The translations under genes and the position numbers were made by a program. DNA of 64,000 bases, from contig NZ_JAOZVW010000020.1 in NCBI RefSeq assembly GCF_025869345.1, forward strand, positions 8,830-72,829, read 5' to 3'. Shown piece by piece: positions 1 through 10,458 of this stretch. The notes beneath the pieces were generated by a model. The model was not told where the DNA came from. It searched no databases and worked only from the letters and a program-made list of their open reading frames with translations. The DNA comes from Sphingopyxis sp. (GTDB lineage Bacteria > Pseudomonadota > Alphaproteobacteria > Sphingomonadales > Sphingomonadaceae). The number at the start of each line of letters is the position of its first letter. Positions within the stretch are counted from its first letter, which is position 1.

Positions 1-1230
1 CAGCGCCGGATCGTAATCGACTGTCTTCACCTCGGCGGGCGGTGTGCCCGCGCGGGTCACCGCCGAGGGCGTGCCGCCGCAGATGGCGAGGATATGGCCG
101 GTGACGATCGCGGTCGCATCGTCGAGGAACGCCGGATCGACCCCCCGCTCGAAGCGGCTGCGCGCGTCGCTGGTCAGGCCGAGCGCCTGTCCGGTCAGCG
201 CGATGCGTTCGGGGGTGAAATAAGCGATCTCGATCAGCACGTCGGTCGTCGCTTCGCTGCACCCGCTATGCTCGCCGCCCATGATGCCGGCGATGTCGTG
301 GACCTCGCGCGCGTCGGCGATCACGGTCATCGTGTCGGTGAGCCTGTAATCCTTGCCGTTGAGCGCGGTCACCGTCTCGTCGGCCTCCGCGCGCCGCGCG
401 ACGAGCGCGCCGCTCAGCTTGGCGCGATCATAGATGTGGCTCGGGCGGCCGAGATCGAACATCACATAATTGCTGATGTCGACGAGGGCGGAGATCGATC
501 GCTGCCCGACCGCTTCGAGGCGGCGGCGCATCCATTCGGGGGCCGTGCCGTTGGTCACGCCGGCGATCGTGCGGCCGAAGAAGGCGGGACAGGCTTCGGG
601 GTCGAGGGTCGCGATGTCGGTCGCGGGAGCGCCTTCGCCCGGAATCGACGGGACGTCGAGCGGCTTCAGCGTGCCGAGCCCGGCGGCGGCGAGATCGCGC
701 GCGATCCCGCGCACGCCCATGCAGTCCTGCCGGTTCGGCGTGATCGAAATGTCGATCACCGGGTCGCCCGCGCCCGCATAATCGGCGAAGGGCGTGCCGA
801 CCGGAGCGTCCTCGGGCAATTCGATGATGCCGTCATGATCGTCGCCGAGTTCGAGCTCGCGCGTCGAGCACATCATGCCGTTCGATTCGACGCCGCGGAC
901 GGCGGCGACTCTCAGTTCCATGCCGTTCGCCGGCACGACCGCGCCGGGCAGCCCGAGCACGCCGACCAGCCCCGCGCGGGCGTTGGGCGCGCCGCAGACG
1001 ACGGTCAGCGGTTCGCCGTCACCGCTGTCGACGGTCAGCACCTGCAGCTTGTCGGCCTGCGGGTGCTTCGCTGCGGTCAGCACCTTCGCAACGCGGAAGC
1101 CCGCGAGCTTCTCGGCCGGATTCTCGACGCCTTCGACCTCGTGGCCGATGCGATTGAGGGTGGCGACGACGTCGGCGACCGAATAGTCGCCATCGAGATG
1201 TTCGCGGAGCCAGTCGAGGGTGATCTTCAT
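1..1230 (-). CDS. pheT: phenylalanine--tRNA ligase beta subunit, N-terminal part (gene runs off the window start)
   Basis: Reverse translation from the ATG at 1228-1230 gives [35 protein letters not shown]..., a typical PheT N-terminus. ATGA overlap with the pheS stop. The + ORF 94..1281 is its antisense shadow. Confidence 0.9.
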   Translation of the reverse strand, partial: MKITLDWLREHLDGDYSVADVVATLNRIGHEVEGVENPAEKLAGFRVAKVLTAAKHPQADKLQVLTVDSGDGEPLTVVCGAPNARAGLVGVLGLPGAVVPANGMELRVAAVRGVESNGMMCSTRELELGDDHDGIIELPEDAPVGTPFADYAGAGDPVIDISITPNRQDCMGVRGIARDLAAAGLGTLKPLDVPSIPGEGAPATDIATLDPEACPAFFGRTIAGVTNGTAPEWMRRRLEAVGQRSISALVDISNYVMFDLGRPSHIYDRAKLSGALVARRAEADETVTALNGKDYRLTDTMTVIADAREVHDIAGIMGGEHSGCSEATTDVLIEIAYFTPERIALTGQALGLTSDARSRFERGVDPAFLDDATAIVTGHILAICGGTPSAVTRAGTPPAEVKTVDYDPAL

Positions 1231-2321
1231 GCCGAAATCCCCCCGCTCAATGTAGGCACCGACAACGCGCCGAACCCGTAATGCGCCAGCCAGCGCAGGT
1301 CGCCGTCGAAGAAGGCGCGGAGGTCATCCATGCCATATTTGAGCATCGCGAGCCGGTCGATACCGATGCCGAAGGCAAAGCCCTGCCATTCGTCGGGGTC
1401 GAGCCCGCAGTTCGCGATGACGCGGCGATTGACCATGCCGCTGCCGAGCAGCTCCATCCACGCATGGCCGTCATCGTCGCCGTTGCCGCCGACGATTCGT
1501 CGCCCCTTCTCATGGGCATAGCCGACATCGACCTCCGCCGAAGGCTCGGTGAAGGGGAAGTAGGAGGGGCGCAGACGGAGCACGATGTCGTCGCGTTCGA
1601 AGAACGCCTTGAGGAAGGTTTCGAGCGTCCACTTGAGATGCCCCATATGGATGCCGCGGTCGATGACGAGGCCCTCGACCTGATGGAACATCGGCGTGTG
1701 CGTCGCGTCGCTGTCGCTGCGATAGACGCGCCCCGGCGCGATGATGCGGATCGGCGGCTGCTGGGTCATCATCGTGCGGATCTGCACCGGCGAGGTGTGG
1801 GTGCGCAGCAGCATCGCGCGACCCTCGGCATCGGTGTCGGGGAAATAGAAAGTGTCGTGCATCGCGCGCGCGGGATGCGTCTCGGGGATGTTGAGCGCGG
1901 TGAAATTGCGCCAGTCGTCCTCGATCTCGGGCCCGGTCGCGACCGCGAAGCCCATGTCGGCGAAGATTTCGGCAAGCTCGTCCATCACCTGGCTCACCGG
2001 ATGGACGCTGCCCCGGGGCGCGGCGGCGGCGGGGAGCGTCATGTCGAGGCGTTCGCCGGCGAGCTTCGCGTCGAGCGCGGCGCCTTCGAGCGCGGCCTTG
2101 CGCGCGCCGATCGCGGCGGTGACGGCTTCGCGCAGGCTGTGGATTTTCGGCCCCTCAGCCTGCCGCTCCTCGGGGGTCATGCCGCCGAGCGTCTTGAGCA
2201 GCCCGGTGACGCTCCCCGCCTTGCCGAGCGCCGCGACGCGCAGCGCCTCGAGCGCGTCGAGGTCGCTTGCGGTTTCAATCTCGCCCAGCAGCTTCGCTTT
2301 CAAGGCTTCTGTCTCGCTCAT
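1227..2321 (-). CDS. pheS: phenylalanine--tRNA ligase alpha subunit
   Basis: 364-aa ORF with a class II aaRS PheS core ([26 protein letters not shown]). Lies directly upstream of pheT with a 4-nt overlap. Confidence 0.95.
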   Translation of the reverse strand: MSETEALKAKLLGEIETASDLDALEALRVAALGKAGSVTGLLKTLGGMTPEERQAEGPKIHSLREAVTAAIGARKAALEGAALDAKLAGERLDMTLPAAAAPRGSVHPVSQVMDELAEIFADMGFAVATGPEIEDDWRNFTALNIPETHPARAMHDTFYFPDTDAEGRAMLLRTHTSPVQIRTMMTQQPPIRIIAPGRVYRSDSDATHTPMFHQVEGLVIDRGIHMGHLKWTLETFLKAFFERDDIVLRLRPSYFPFTEPSAEVDVGYAHEKGRRIVGGNGDDDGHAWMELLGSGMVNRRVIANCGLDPDEWQGFAFGIGIDRLAMLKYGMDDLRAFFDGDLRWLAHYGFGALSVPTLSGGISA

Positions 2322-2432
2322 CGTCGTTCGTTTCTGTATCGTTCGGGGGGACGGCGGTCCCCCGCGCGTCGGTTGTCAGCCGCTTGCACCGAAGGCGGCG
2401 CGCGGGTCAAGTCCGGCGGCGCGAAGCGCGCG

Positions 2433-3353
2433 CTATCCGCCGGGCTTGTGGAGTCCCTGCACCGCTTCGCCCGCCGCCGCGGCGCGCCCCAGCGCGGCGG
2501 CGCCGAGGATCGGTTTCGCGCGCGCGGCATAGGCGCGCGGGCCCATCCCCATGAAGCGCTGGAAGTCGCGGGTGAACTGCGCCTGGTCGTAATAATGATA
2601 GTCGAGCGTTTCGATCCAGCTCATCGACGGGTCGAGCATGAAGCGGGCGAGGCTGCGCAGGAAGCGCTGGCGGCGCAGCAGCAGCTTGGGCGGAAAGCCG
2701 AAGGCGCGGCGCGACAGCCGCTCGACCGACCGCTCGGAGAGGCCGAGCTTGGCGGCGAGTTCGGCGACGCTGGTCAGGTCGTCGTCGATGAGCGCGCTAT
2801 GCGCGGCGAAGATCGCGGGATCGTCGCGCGGCGCGCCGGCGAGCAGCGCGGCAAAATGATCGTCGATCATCTTCGCCGCGCTTTCGGCATCGCGCACCGA
2901 TCGCAAGCGCTGCGCCAGCGGGGCGACCGCCGCGAAGGCCGGATGCTGTTCGCCGTCGTGGAAACGGTCGGCGAAATCCTCGGCGGGCGCGGCAAAATAT
3001 TTGGCCCAGCCCATCGGCAGGATGCCGATACCCCAGGCGCGCATCGTGCCCGCGGCGAAATAGCAGGCCTGACTCGTCGGTCCGGCAGCGATGAAGCGCG
3101 GGGCCGGCGCGGGCGTCGCGCCGCCGATCGCCGCGGACGGTATCTCCCCGTCGATGAAGCGCATGTTCGCCCATTCGGGGTGGAGATAATCCTCGACGCG
3201 AACTCCCGGCGGCGCGTCGATTTCGGTCAGATAGATGATGCTGCAATAGGGGCGGAGCGCGGCGGACACGGGGAAGAAGCGCGTGACGATGCGCGCTTGC
3301 TTGCTTGCGGATTCTTCCCCGGTCATGATCTTTCCATGCGGAGCCATGCCCAA
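2433..3353 (-). CDS. AraC family transcriptional regulator
   Basis: C-terminal AraC-type HTH (RRQRFLRSLARFML...YYDQAQFTRDFQRFMGMGPRAY). The start could instead be Met10 at 3326. Confidence 0.8.
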   Translation of the reverse strand: MGMAPHGKIMTGEESASKQARIVTRFFPVSAALRPYCSIIYLTEIDAPPGVRVEDYLHPEWANMRFIDGEIPSAAIGGATPAPAPRFIAAGPTSQACYFAAGTMRAWGIGILPMGWAKYFAAPAEDFADRFHDGEQHPAFAAVAPLAQRLRSVRDAESAAKMIDDHFAALLAGAPRDDPAIFAAHSALIDDDLTSVAELAAKLGLSERSVERLSRRAFGFPPKLLLRRQRFLRSLARFMLDPSMSWIETLDYHYYDQAQFTRDFQRFMGMGPRAYAARAKPILGAAALGRAAAAGEAVQGLHKPGG

Positions 3354-3400
3354 AAAAACAACAGCCTGCGCGGCCCCCGTGTCGGATTCCTACAATTATT

Positions 3401-3414
3401 GTCATGATCATGAC
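3401..3414. promoter_or_regulatory. perfect 14-bp palindrome GTCATGATCATGAC, candidate operator
   Basis: Read directly. Lies in a locally AT-richer patch about 50 bp upstream of the AraC-family gene start. Confidence 0.3.
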
Positions 3415-3635
3415 GGCATGTGTCACGCCTGTCTGGCGCAGCCTGTGTCAGATATCGGGAACACTTCCGCCGGCCGTTAGCTTTCTGCGACCCACGGCGA
3501 TCCGGTTCGGAGGGAGGGGGGCGATGGTTTTCCAATGAACCATTGTCGGAACGGCGCGAGGGGGAACTTTCGCGCCGTTCCTGTTTGGGGACCGCAGGGC
3601 GTCGGCTAACGACCGGAAGGGGACCTATCTTGCAT

Positions 3636-3711
3636 CGTCATCCCGGACTTGATCCGGGATCCATTCAACCGGCGCTGAGAGAATGGATCCCGGATCAAGT
3701 CCGGGATGACG
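3636..3711. repeat. palindromic intergenic repeat, family A
   Basis: CGTCATCCCGGACTTGATCCGGGATCC ... GGATCCCGGATCAAGTCCGGGATGACG. Inverted arms, each a local hairpin. Four further copies in the window. Confidence 0.9.
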
Positions 3712-3746
3712 AGAATCTGAAAATCGCGCTCAGCATCTCCGATCTT

Positions 3747-3825
3747 CGTCATTCCCGCGAAAGCGGGAACCCAGGGCGTGCGTCGGCTAACCCCACGCTG
3801 GGTTCCCGCTTTCGCGGGAATGACG
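3747..3825. repeat. palindromic intergenic repeat, family B
   Basis: CGTCATTCCCGCGAAAGCGGGAACCCAG ... CTGGGTTCCCGCTTTCGCGGGAATGACG. Second copy at 13876-13954 with its centre in the opposite orientation. Confidence 0.9.
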
Positions 3826-3890
3826 AAGGTGGGCGGGGGCAGCTCCCCACCCAAAAGCCAACATCCGGCGCAGGCGATCGCAGCCCAACG

Positions 3891-3922
3891 AAAAAGGGCG
3901 GCCCCGAAGGACCGCCCTTTTT
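3891..3922 (-). terminator. intrinsic terminator after rplT (bidirectional hairpin)
   Basis: AAAAAGGGCGGCCCCGAAGGACCGCCCTTTTT: GC stem flanked by an A-run and a T-run, 25 nt downstream of the rplT stop. Confidence 0.7.
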
Positions 3923-3946
3923 GTTTCAGCGATTTCGCCGAAAGCC

Positions 3947-4312
3947 TTACGCCGCCTTGGGCAGCGCCGCCTTCGCCTGCGCGATGATCGCGGTGAAGAC
4001 GCCGCCTTCGTTCATCGCTAGATCGGCCATGACCTTGCGGTCGAGTTCGATCCCGGCCAGCTTCACGCCGTGCATGAACTGCGAATAGGTCAGGCCTTCG
4101 GCGCGGACCGCAGCGTTGATGCGCTGAATCCACAGAGCGCGGAAGGTCCGCTTCTTCACCTTGCGGTCGCGATAGGCGTATTGGCCGGCCTTTTCGACCG
4201 CCTGCTTGGCGATGCGAATGGTGTTCTTGCGACGGCCGTAATAGCCCTTCGCCTGATCCAGAATCCGCTTGTGCTTGGCGTGCGTGGTCGTGCCGCGTTT
4301 GATGCGTGACAT
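3947..4312 (-). CDS. rplT: 50S ribosomal protein L20
   Basis: [30 protein letters not shown]... is a canonical L20 sequence. Lies downstream of rpmI. Confidence 0.97.
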   Translation of the reverse strand: MSRIKRGTTTHAKHKRILDQAKGYYGRRKNTIRIAKQAVEKAGQYAYRDRKVKKRTFRALWIQRINAAVRAEGLTYSQFMHGVKLAGIELDRKVMADLAMNEGGVFTAIIAQAKAALPKAA

Positions 4313-4325
4313 GGTCTAGCGCTCC

Positions 4326-4529
4326 TTACTTCAGGCCGTAGGGCGCCCAGAGGCGCACATGGGCCGTGTCCGAATCGCTGAGCACGCTGGTGCCGCGGTT
4401 GGTGCGGATATATTTCGAATTGTGCGAAATCAGGCGGTGGCGCTTGCCGGCAACGCCGTGCTTCACCTTGCCCGAGGCGGTGAATTTGAAGCGCTTCTTC
4501 ACACCGCTCTTGGTCTTCAGCTTGGGCAT
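4326..4529 (-). CDS. rpmI: 50S ribosomal protein L35
   Basis: [33 protein letters not shown]... (67 aa) from an internal Met of the 4326..4676 ORF. AAGGAGA Shine-Dalgarno upstream. Confidence 0.95.
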   Translation of the reverse strand: MPKLKTKSGVKKRFKFTASGKVKHGVAGKRHRLISHNSKYIRTNRGTSVLSDSDTAHVRLWAPYGLK

Positions 4530-4659
4530 TTTCGTCTCCTTGTTGAGCGACGATATCGACCGGCCCTGGCAGCCCTTGTCGCCAGGCAGGTCCGCTAATC
4601 TATCGTGCGAAGGCGCGCGCCTAGACGGATTCGCGCCGAATTGCAAGCACGGAAGCGGC

Positions 4660-5010
4660 CTAGAAGCTGGCCCCATCGACCTTCTGGATCGTCAGCGAAT
4701 CGAGGTCAGCCTCGGACACGCAGCGGAGGTTGACCGCCGCCATCTTCTTGCCGTCGGGGCCGGTGCCGACCGAAAAGCCCTGGCAGCCGCATGTCGTGCA
4801 GAATTGATGGTCGATATTGTGCTTGTTGAACGTGTAGGAGGCGAGCCTGTCGCTGCCGCCGGTCAGCCGGAACTGATCGATCGGCACGAAAGCGAGCAGG
4901 AAGCCCTTGCGCCGACAGTGCGAGCAGTTGCAGCTCATCGCCGTCGTGGGAATGTCCCCCTCGACCGTATAGGTCACCGCGCCGCAATGGCAGCTTCCGT
5001 CGAACGCCAT
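4660..5010 (-). CDS. GFA family (glutathione-dependent formaldehyde-activating / CENP-V-like) protein
   Basis: 116 aa with the Cys pattern CHCG...CNCSHC...CTTCGC typical of the GFA zinc-binding fold. Confidence 0.8.
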   Translation of the reverse strand: MAFDGSCHCGAVTYTVEGDIPTTAMSCNCSHCRRKGFLLAFVPIDQFRLTGGSDRLASYTFNKHNIDHQFCTTCGCQGFSVGTGPDGKKMAAVNLRCVSEADLDSLTIQKVDGASF

Positions 5011-5033
5011 GTCTCTCTCCTTGGGGCCTGGCC

Positions 5034-5816
5034 TTAATGGTGGCAGGCAAGCCCTTCGATAACATCTTCCAGCCGCGCCGGATCGCCCAATGCGATGACA
5101 TGGCCGCTACTGTCGGCGTTCAGCGGTTCGCCGTTCCAGTCGCACATCGTCCCGCCCGCGCCCTCGACGATCGGGACGAGTGCCGCATAATCGTGGAGCT
5201 TCAACCCAGCCTCGACGACCAGATCGATATGCCCGCTCGCCAGCAGGCCGTAATTATAGCAGTCGCCGCCGAAGACCATGCGCTTGTGCGATGTCTTTGC
5301 GGCGAGCGCCATGAAATGCTCGCCGTCGTGATCGCTGAAATATTGCGGCCCGGTGGTCGCGAGCACCGCCTCGGCGAGGCTGCGGCAGGTGCGGGTCGCG
5401 GCGGGCTTGCCGCCGAACAGCGTCGGTTGCCCCATCGCGCCGACCCAGCGCTCGCCCGAAATCGGCTGGTCGATGATGCCGATCAGCGGCCAGCCGTCTT
5501 GCAGCAGCGCGATCAGCGTCCCGAAAATCGGGCGACCCGCCATGAAGCTGACGGTGCCGTCGATCGGGTCGAGCACCCATTGGCGCGCCGCGTCGGGGCG
5601 CTCGGCGCCATATTCCTCACCGATGATGCCGTCGCGCGGGGCCTCGGCATCGAGCAGGCGGCGCATGGCGGCTTCGGCAGCGCGGTCGGCCTCGGTCACG
5701 GGGGAAGCGTCGGCCTTGGCCTCATGCTGAAAAGCCGCGCGGAAGAAAGGCCGGATCGCGGCGCCCGCAGCGTCGGCGAGGCGATGGGCGAGGGCGATGT
5801 CGGATTCGAGGGTCAT
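5034..5816 (-). CDS. inositol monophosphatase family protein (HisN-like histidinol-phosphatase)
   Basis: IMPase motifs (SPVTEADRAAE, WVLDPIDGT). Size and sequence resemble alphaproteobacterial HisN. Confidence 0.8.
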   Translation of the reverse strand: MTLESDIALAHRLADAAGAAIRPFFRAAFQHEAKADASPVTEADRAAEAAMRRLLDAEAPRDGIIGEEYGAERPDAARQWVLDPIDGTVSFMAGRPIFGTLIALLQDGWPLIGIIDQPISGERWVGAMGQPTLFGGKPAATRTCRSLAEAVLATTGPQYFSDHDGEHFMALAAKTSHKRMVFGGDCYNYGLLASGHIDLVVEAGLKLHDYAALVPIVEGAGGTMCDWNGEPLNADSSGHVIALGDPARLEDVIEGLACHH

Positions 5817-5842
5817 GCGGGGAGCCTATACTAGTAAAAGCC

Positions 5843-5930
5843 GTGTGTCCCCGCGAAGGCGGGGACCCATCTCCCATCGGTGCAAGATGGAATCGACCGG
5901 AGATGGCCCCCCGCCTTCGCGGGGGAACGG
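5843..5930. repeat. palindromic intergenic repeat, family C
   Basis: GTGTGTCCCCGCGAAGGCGGGGACCCATCTCC ... GGAGATGGCCCCCCGCCTTCGCGGGGGAAC. Six copies in the window. Confidence 0.9.
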
Positions 5931-5950
5931 CGTTTTCCTTCGATGCCGGC

Positions 5951-6886
5951 CTAGTCGAACAGCGACGACACGCTCGTTTCGTCGGCGATGCGCTTGATCG
6001 CTTCGCCGAGCAAAGGCGCAACGGTCAGCGCGCGGACCTTGCCGCTGTCGTTGACCGCGTCGGTCGGCTGAATCGAATCGGTGATGACGAGTTCGGTGAG
6101 CTCGCTCGCATCGACGCGCGCGACCGCGCCGCCCGACAGCACGCCGTGCGTGCAATAAGCGACGACGCCCTCGGCGCCCGCGGCCTTCAGCGCGGCGGCG
6201 GCGTTGCAGAGCGTGCCCGCAGAATCGACGATGTCGTCGATCAGGATGCAGAAGCGGCCCGCGACGTCGCCGATGATGTTCATCACCTCCGATTCGCCGG
6301 CGCGCTCGCGGCGCTTGTCGACGATCGCGAGGGGGGCGTTGTCGAGCCGCTTCGCCAGCGCGCGGGCGCGCACCACGCCGCCGACGTCGGGCGACACGAC
6401 CATCAGATTCTTGCCGCCGAAGCGGGCCTGGATGTCGGCGCTCATCACCGGTGCGGCATAGAGATTGTCGGTCGGGATATCGAAGAAGCCCTGGATCTGC
6501 CCGGCGTGGAGATCGATCGCGAGGACGCGGTCGGCGCCCGAGGTGGTGATCAAATTGGCGACGAGCTTGGCCGAGATCGGCGTGCGCGGACCGGGTTTGC
6601 GGTCCTGGCGGGCATAGCCGAAATAGGGGACGACCGCGGTGATCCGCTTGGCCGAAGCGCGGCGCAGCGCGTCGGTGAGGATCAGCAGCTCCATCAGATT
6701 GTCGTTGGCCGGGAAATTGGTCGGCTGGACGACAAACACATCCTGGCCGCGCACATTTTCGTGGATTTCGACGAAGACTTCCTCGTCGGCGAAGCGGCGG
6801 ACGCTGGTGTCGGTCAGCGGCAGCTCGAGATAGTCGGCGATCGCGCGGGCCAGCGGCAGATTGCTGTTGCCGGAGATGAGTTTCAT
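5951..6886 (-). CDS. prs: ribose-phosphate pyrophosphokinase
   Basis: 311 aa, [20 protein letters not shown]..., with a PRPP-binding loop ([12 protein letters not shown]). Confidence 0.97.
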   Translation of the reverse strand: MKLISGNSNLPLARAIADYLELPLTDTSVRRFADEEVFVEIHENVRGQDVFVVQPTNFPANDNLMELLILTDALRRASAKRITAVVPYFGYARQDRKPGPRTPISAKLVANLITTSGADRVLAIDLHAGQIQGFFDIPTDNLYAAPVMSADIQARFGGKNLMVVSPDVGGVVRARALAKRLDNAPLAIVDKRRERAGESEVMNIIGDVAGRFCILIDDIVDSAGTLCNAAAALKAAGAEGVVAYCTHGVLSGGAVARVDASELTELVITDSIQPTDAVNDSGKVRALTVAPLLGEAIKRIADETSVSSLFD

Positions 6887-7054
6887 GGGGGCCCTTTCGC
6901 GGCGAGTGGGATTGCGCCGCCCTTAGCCAGCGGGCGCCGATAGGGGAAGGGGGTAATGGCGGACCGGCTCCTGGCGCGGGAAGAATGAAAGCCAGTGATA
7001 GCCGTGCGTCTCTTCGGTTGAACGGGCGGGGCGGTTGCGCCTAAACCCCCCGGC

Positions 7055-8716
7055 ATGACAACCGAACTCTCCATCGTCCTGTCGCAGATGACCCAGTCGG
7101 TCGGCGACCTTGCCGCCAATGCCGACGCGATGCGCGGCGTTCGTGCGCGGCACCGGGACGCCGACCTGATCCTCTATCCCGAGTTGCAGCTGATCGGCTA
7201 TCCACCCGAGGATCTGGTGCTCAAGCCCGCGCTCGCGACACGTGCGGCGGCGATCCTGGCCGAGCTGGCGGCCGAGACCGGCGACGGCGGCCCGGCGATG
7301 CTCGTCGGGTCGGTCGAACGCGATGCGGAGGGGCGGCTCTACAATATCGTCGCGCTGCTCGACGAGGGCCGCGTGATCGCAAGGCGGCGCAAGCACGAGC
7401 TGCCCAATTACGGCACCTTCGACGAGAAGCGGGTCTTCGCGCCGGGGCCGCTGCCGCAAGTGGTCGAATGGCGCGGGGTCAAGCTCGGGCTGCCGATCTG
7501 CGAGGACGGCTGGTTTCCGGCGGTCTGCGGGCATCTCGCCGGTCAGGGCGCGGAACTGCTGATCTCGGTCAACGGCAGTCCCTATGAGATCGACAAGGAC
7601 GATCGCCGCCTGACGCAGGTGTTCGCGGCGCGCGTCGCCGAGACAAAGTTGCCGCTGATCTTCCTGAACCGCATCGGCGGGCAGGACGAGCTGGTGTTCG
7701 ACGGCTGCTCCTTCGTGCTGAACGCCGACGGTCAGGCCGCGCACCGGCTGACCGATTGGGAAGGCGAGGAGCGCCTGACGCGCTGGACCAGGGGGGACGC
7801 TGGCTGGACCTGCGAGCCGGGCGCGATCGCCGAGTGGGAAGCGCATCCCGCCGACATTTACAGCGCGATGATCCTGTCCTTGCGCGACTATGTGACACGC
7901 AACCGCTTCCCCGGCGTCGTGCTCGGCCTGTCGGGGGGCATCGATTCGGCGATCTGCGCCGCCATCGCCGCCGACGCGTTGGGGCCGGACAAGGTCTGGT
8001 GCGCGATGCTGCCGAGCCGCTTCACCAGCCAGGAAAGCCTCGATGACGCGAGCGGCTGCGCGGCGATGATCGGATGCCGGCTCGACACCATCCCGATCGC
8101 GCCCGCGGTCGAGGCGTTCGACGCGATGCTCGCGGACAGCTTCGCCGACAAGGCCGTCGATACGACCGAGGAGAATGTCCAGTCGCGCATTCGCGGCGTC
8201 ACGCTGATGGCGCTTTCCAACAAATTCGGCCCGATGCTGCTGACGACAGGCAACAAGAGCGAGATGAGCGTCGGCTATGCGACCATCTATGGCGACATGG
8301 CGGGGGGCTATAATCCGCTGAAGGACGCATACAAGACGACGGTGTTCGCGCTCGCCGAATGGCGCAACGCGCATGTGCCGCGGCTGTCGCGCAATCCGGT
8401 GACGCCCGTGATGCCCGCCAATATCGTCACCAAGCCGCCGAGCGCCGAACTTCGCCCCGACCAGAAGGACGAGGACAGCCTGCCGCCTTACGCCGACCTC
8501 GACCGGATGCTTCACATGCTCGTCGAGGAGGAAGCGAGCGTTGACGATGTCGTGGCGCGCTACGGCTTCGACCGTGCGGCGGTGGCGCGGATCGAGCGGC
8601 TGCTGATGCTCGCCGAGTATAAGCGCCGCCAGGCGCCGCCGGGGGTCAAATTGTCGACGCGCAATTTCGGCCGCGACCGGCGCTATCCGATCACCCACGG
8701 GTTCCGGACGGGATAA
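7055..8716 (+). CDS. nadE: glutamine-dependent NAD+ synthetase
   Basis: 553 aa. N-terminal CN-hydrolase domain plus a C-terminal synthetase domain with the SGGIDS PP-loop. Confidence 0.95.
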   Translation: MTTELSIVLSQMTQSVGDLAANADAMRGVRARHRDADLILYPELQLIGYPPEDLVLKPALATRAAAILAELAAETGDGGPAMLVGSVERDAEGRLYNIVALLDEGRVIARRRKHELPNYGTFDEKRVFAPGPLPQVVEWRGVKLGLPICEDGWFPAVCGHLAGQGAELLISVNGSPYEIDKDDRRLTQVFAARVAETKLPLIFLNRIGGQDELVFDGCSFVLNADGQAAHRLTDWEGEERLTRWTRGDAGWTCEPGAIAEWEAHPADIYSAMILSLRDYVTRNRFPGVVLGLSGGIDSAICAAIAADALGPDKVWCAMLPSRFTSQESLDDASGCAAMIGCRLDTIPIAPAVEAFDAMLADSFADKAVDTTEENVQSRIRGVTLMALSNKFGPMLLTTGNKSEMSVGYATIYGDMAGGYNPLKDAYKTTVFALAEWRNAHVPRLSRNPVTPVMPANIVTKPPSAELRPDQKDEDSLPPYADLDRMLHMLVEEEASVDDVVARYGFDRAAVARIERLLMLAEYKRRQAPPGVKLSTRNFGRDRRYPITHGFRTG

Positions 8717-8735
8717 TAGGGACTGTCCCCATTTA

Positions 8736-8902
8736 TTCGCGCAGAGCGCGCGGAGGACGCAGAGAGAGAATAGGAAAATCTTGGTGTGTCCCCGCGAAGG
8801 CGGGGACCCATCTGCTGTCGGTTCCAGATAGCGCCGACCGGAGATGGACTCCCGCCTTCGCGGGAGCACACGGGTTTCTTCTCTGCGTCCTCCGCGCGAA
8901 TC
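8736..8902. repeat. composite repeat: family C copy (8784-8871) nested inside an outer inverted repeat
   Basis: Outer arms ATTCGCGCAGAGCGCGCGGAGGACGCAGAGAGAGAA / TTCTTCTCTGCGTCCTCCGCGCGAAT enclose GTGTGTCCCCGCGAAGGCGGGGACCC...CGGGAGCACAC. Confidence 0.85.
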
Positions 8903-8968
8903 CCGCCTCTTTGCGGCTTCGCGCGAACCAATTTCACAGTGTCGGCAAAACAGCTATAGGCGCGGCCC

Positions 8969-10276
8969 ATGACCGTCACGACCCGCTTCGCTCCCTCGCC
9001 GACCGGTATGCTCCACGTCGGCAACGTCCGCACCGCGCTGCACAACTGGCTGTGGGCGCGGAGGCACGGCGGGCGTTTGCTGCTGCGCATCGACGACACC
9101 GATATCGAGCGGTCGAAGGAGGAATATGTCGAGGGGATTCGCGCCGACCTCGCGTGGCTCGGGCTCGACATCGATGGCGAGGAGCGGCAGTCGATGCGCT
9201 TCGCGCTCTATGAGGCCGAGTTCGAGCGGCTGAAGGCGGCGGGCCGCGTCTATGCCTGTTACGAGACGCCCGAGGAGCTGGAGATCCGCCGCAAGATCCT
9301 GCTCTCGCGCGGACTGCCGCCGGTCTATGAGCGCAAGCCTGCCGATGCGCCGGTGCCCGCGGGCACCGCGCCGCACTGGCGCTTCCGTCTCGACCATGCG
9401 GCGCCGATCGCGTGGACCGACCTGATCCGCGGCGACCAGCATTTCGACCCGAAGACGCTGTCCGATCCGGTCGTGCGCCGCGCCGACGGCAGCTGGCTCT
9501 ATCTGCTGCCGAGCGTGATCGACGATATCGCGATGGGGATCACCCATGTGGTGCGTGGCGAGGATCATGTGTCGAACACCGCGGCGCAGGTCCAGATGTT
9601 CGCGGCGCTCGGCGCCGAACCGCCGGCCTTTGCGCACGAGGCGCTGCTCGTCGGAACCGAGGGTAAATTGTCGAAGCGGCTCGGCTCGCTCGGCATGGAA
9701 GGGCTGCGCGAGCAGGGGGTCGAGCCGATCGCGCTCGTCGCGCTGCTCGCGCGGCTGGGGACGAGCGATCCGGTCGAGCCGGTGACGTCGCCCGCGCCGC
9801 TGATCGAAAGCATCGACTTCGCGCGCTTCGGCCGCGCCCCGGCGCGCTTCGACGAGGCCGAACTGGCGCTGCTTAATCAGAAGATATTGCACCACACCGA
9901 TTATGCCGCAGTCGCGCCGCGCCTGCCGGTCGCGATCGGCGAAGCGCGCTGGAACGCGATCCGCCCGAACCTGACGACGGTCGCCGAAGCGGCCGATTGG
10001 GTCGCGGTGTTCGACGGCCCCTTCGCGCCGCCCGCGCCCGAAGCAGGCGACCGGCCGGTGCTCGCGGCGGCGGCGGCGGCAGCGCCCGCGCTCGACTGGA
10101 GCGCCGATCCGTGGCGCGCGCTGACCGATGCAGTCAAGGCGGCGACCGGCGCGAAAGGCCGCGCGCTCTTCCTGCCGCTGCGCCGCGCGCTGACCGGGCG
10201 TGATCATGGCCCCGATATGGCGGAGTTGCTGCCGCTGATCGGCCGGGACCAGGCGATCGCGCGGCTTTCGGCCTGA
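8969..10276 (+). CDS. gltX: glutamate--tRNA ligase
   Basis: 435 aa, class I aaRS. HIGH-type motif (PSPTGMLHVGNVRTAL) and KMSKS-type motif (KLSKR). Confidence 0.92.
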   Translation: MTVTTRFAPSPTGMLHVGNVRTALHNWLWARRHGGRLLLRIDDTDIERSKEEYVEGIRADLAWLGLDIDGEERQSMRFALYEAEFERLKAAGRVYACYETPEELEIRRKILLSRGLPPVYERKPADAPVPAGTAPHWRFRLDHAAPIAWTDLIRGDQHFDPKTLSDPVVRRADGSWLYLLPSVIDDIAMGITHVVRGEDHVSNTAAQVQMFAALGAEPPAFAHEALLVGTEGKLSKRLGSLGMEGLREQGVEPIALVALLARLGTSDPVEPVTSPAPLIESIDFARFGRAPARFDEAELALLNQKILHHTDYAAVAPRLPVAIGEARWNAIRPNLTTVAEAADWVAVFDGPFAPPAPEAGDRPVLAAAAAAAPALDWSADPWRALTDAVKAATGAKGRALFLPLRRALTGRDHGPDMAELLPLIGRDQAIARLSA

Positions 10277-10309
10277 TATCCGGCCTTTCGGCGCCGGCTC
10301 TTTTGAATG

Positions 10310-10458
10310 TTTCGCGCAAAGACGCAAAGACACAAAGAGGCCGCTCGGGGCCGAACGGCCCCATTTTCCCTTAACGGTGCGGCTGGCCGCAGCGTAAAAG
10401 GAAAAAGCCGCTTCGCGGCAAACACGACCTCTTTGTGTCTTTGCGTCTTTGCGCGAAA
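10310..10458. repeat. palindromic intergenic repeat, family F
   Basis: Arms TTTCGCGCAAAGACGCAAAGACACAAAGAGG / CCTCTTTGTGTCTTTGCGTCTTTGCGCGAAA are perfectly complementary. The inverted copy is at 27926-28075. Confidence 0.9.

Noticed and set aside
94-1281. 395-aa ORF on the + strand
   Set aside because: It is the antisense shadow of pheT, whose minus-strand translation is an unmistakable PheT N-terminus. Its Arg/Ala/Gly/Asp-rich composition is typical of wrong-frame high-GC ORFs.
1281-3407. 708-aa ORF on the + strand
   Set aside because: It runs antisense across pheS and the AraC-family gene. It has no recognisable domains and is R/A/G-rich, so it is a shadow ORF.
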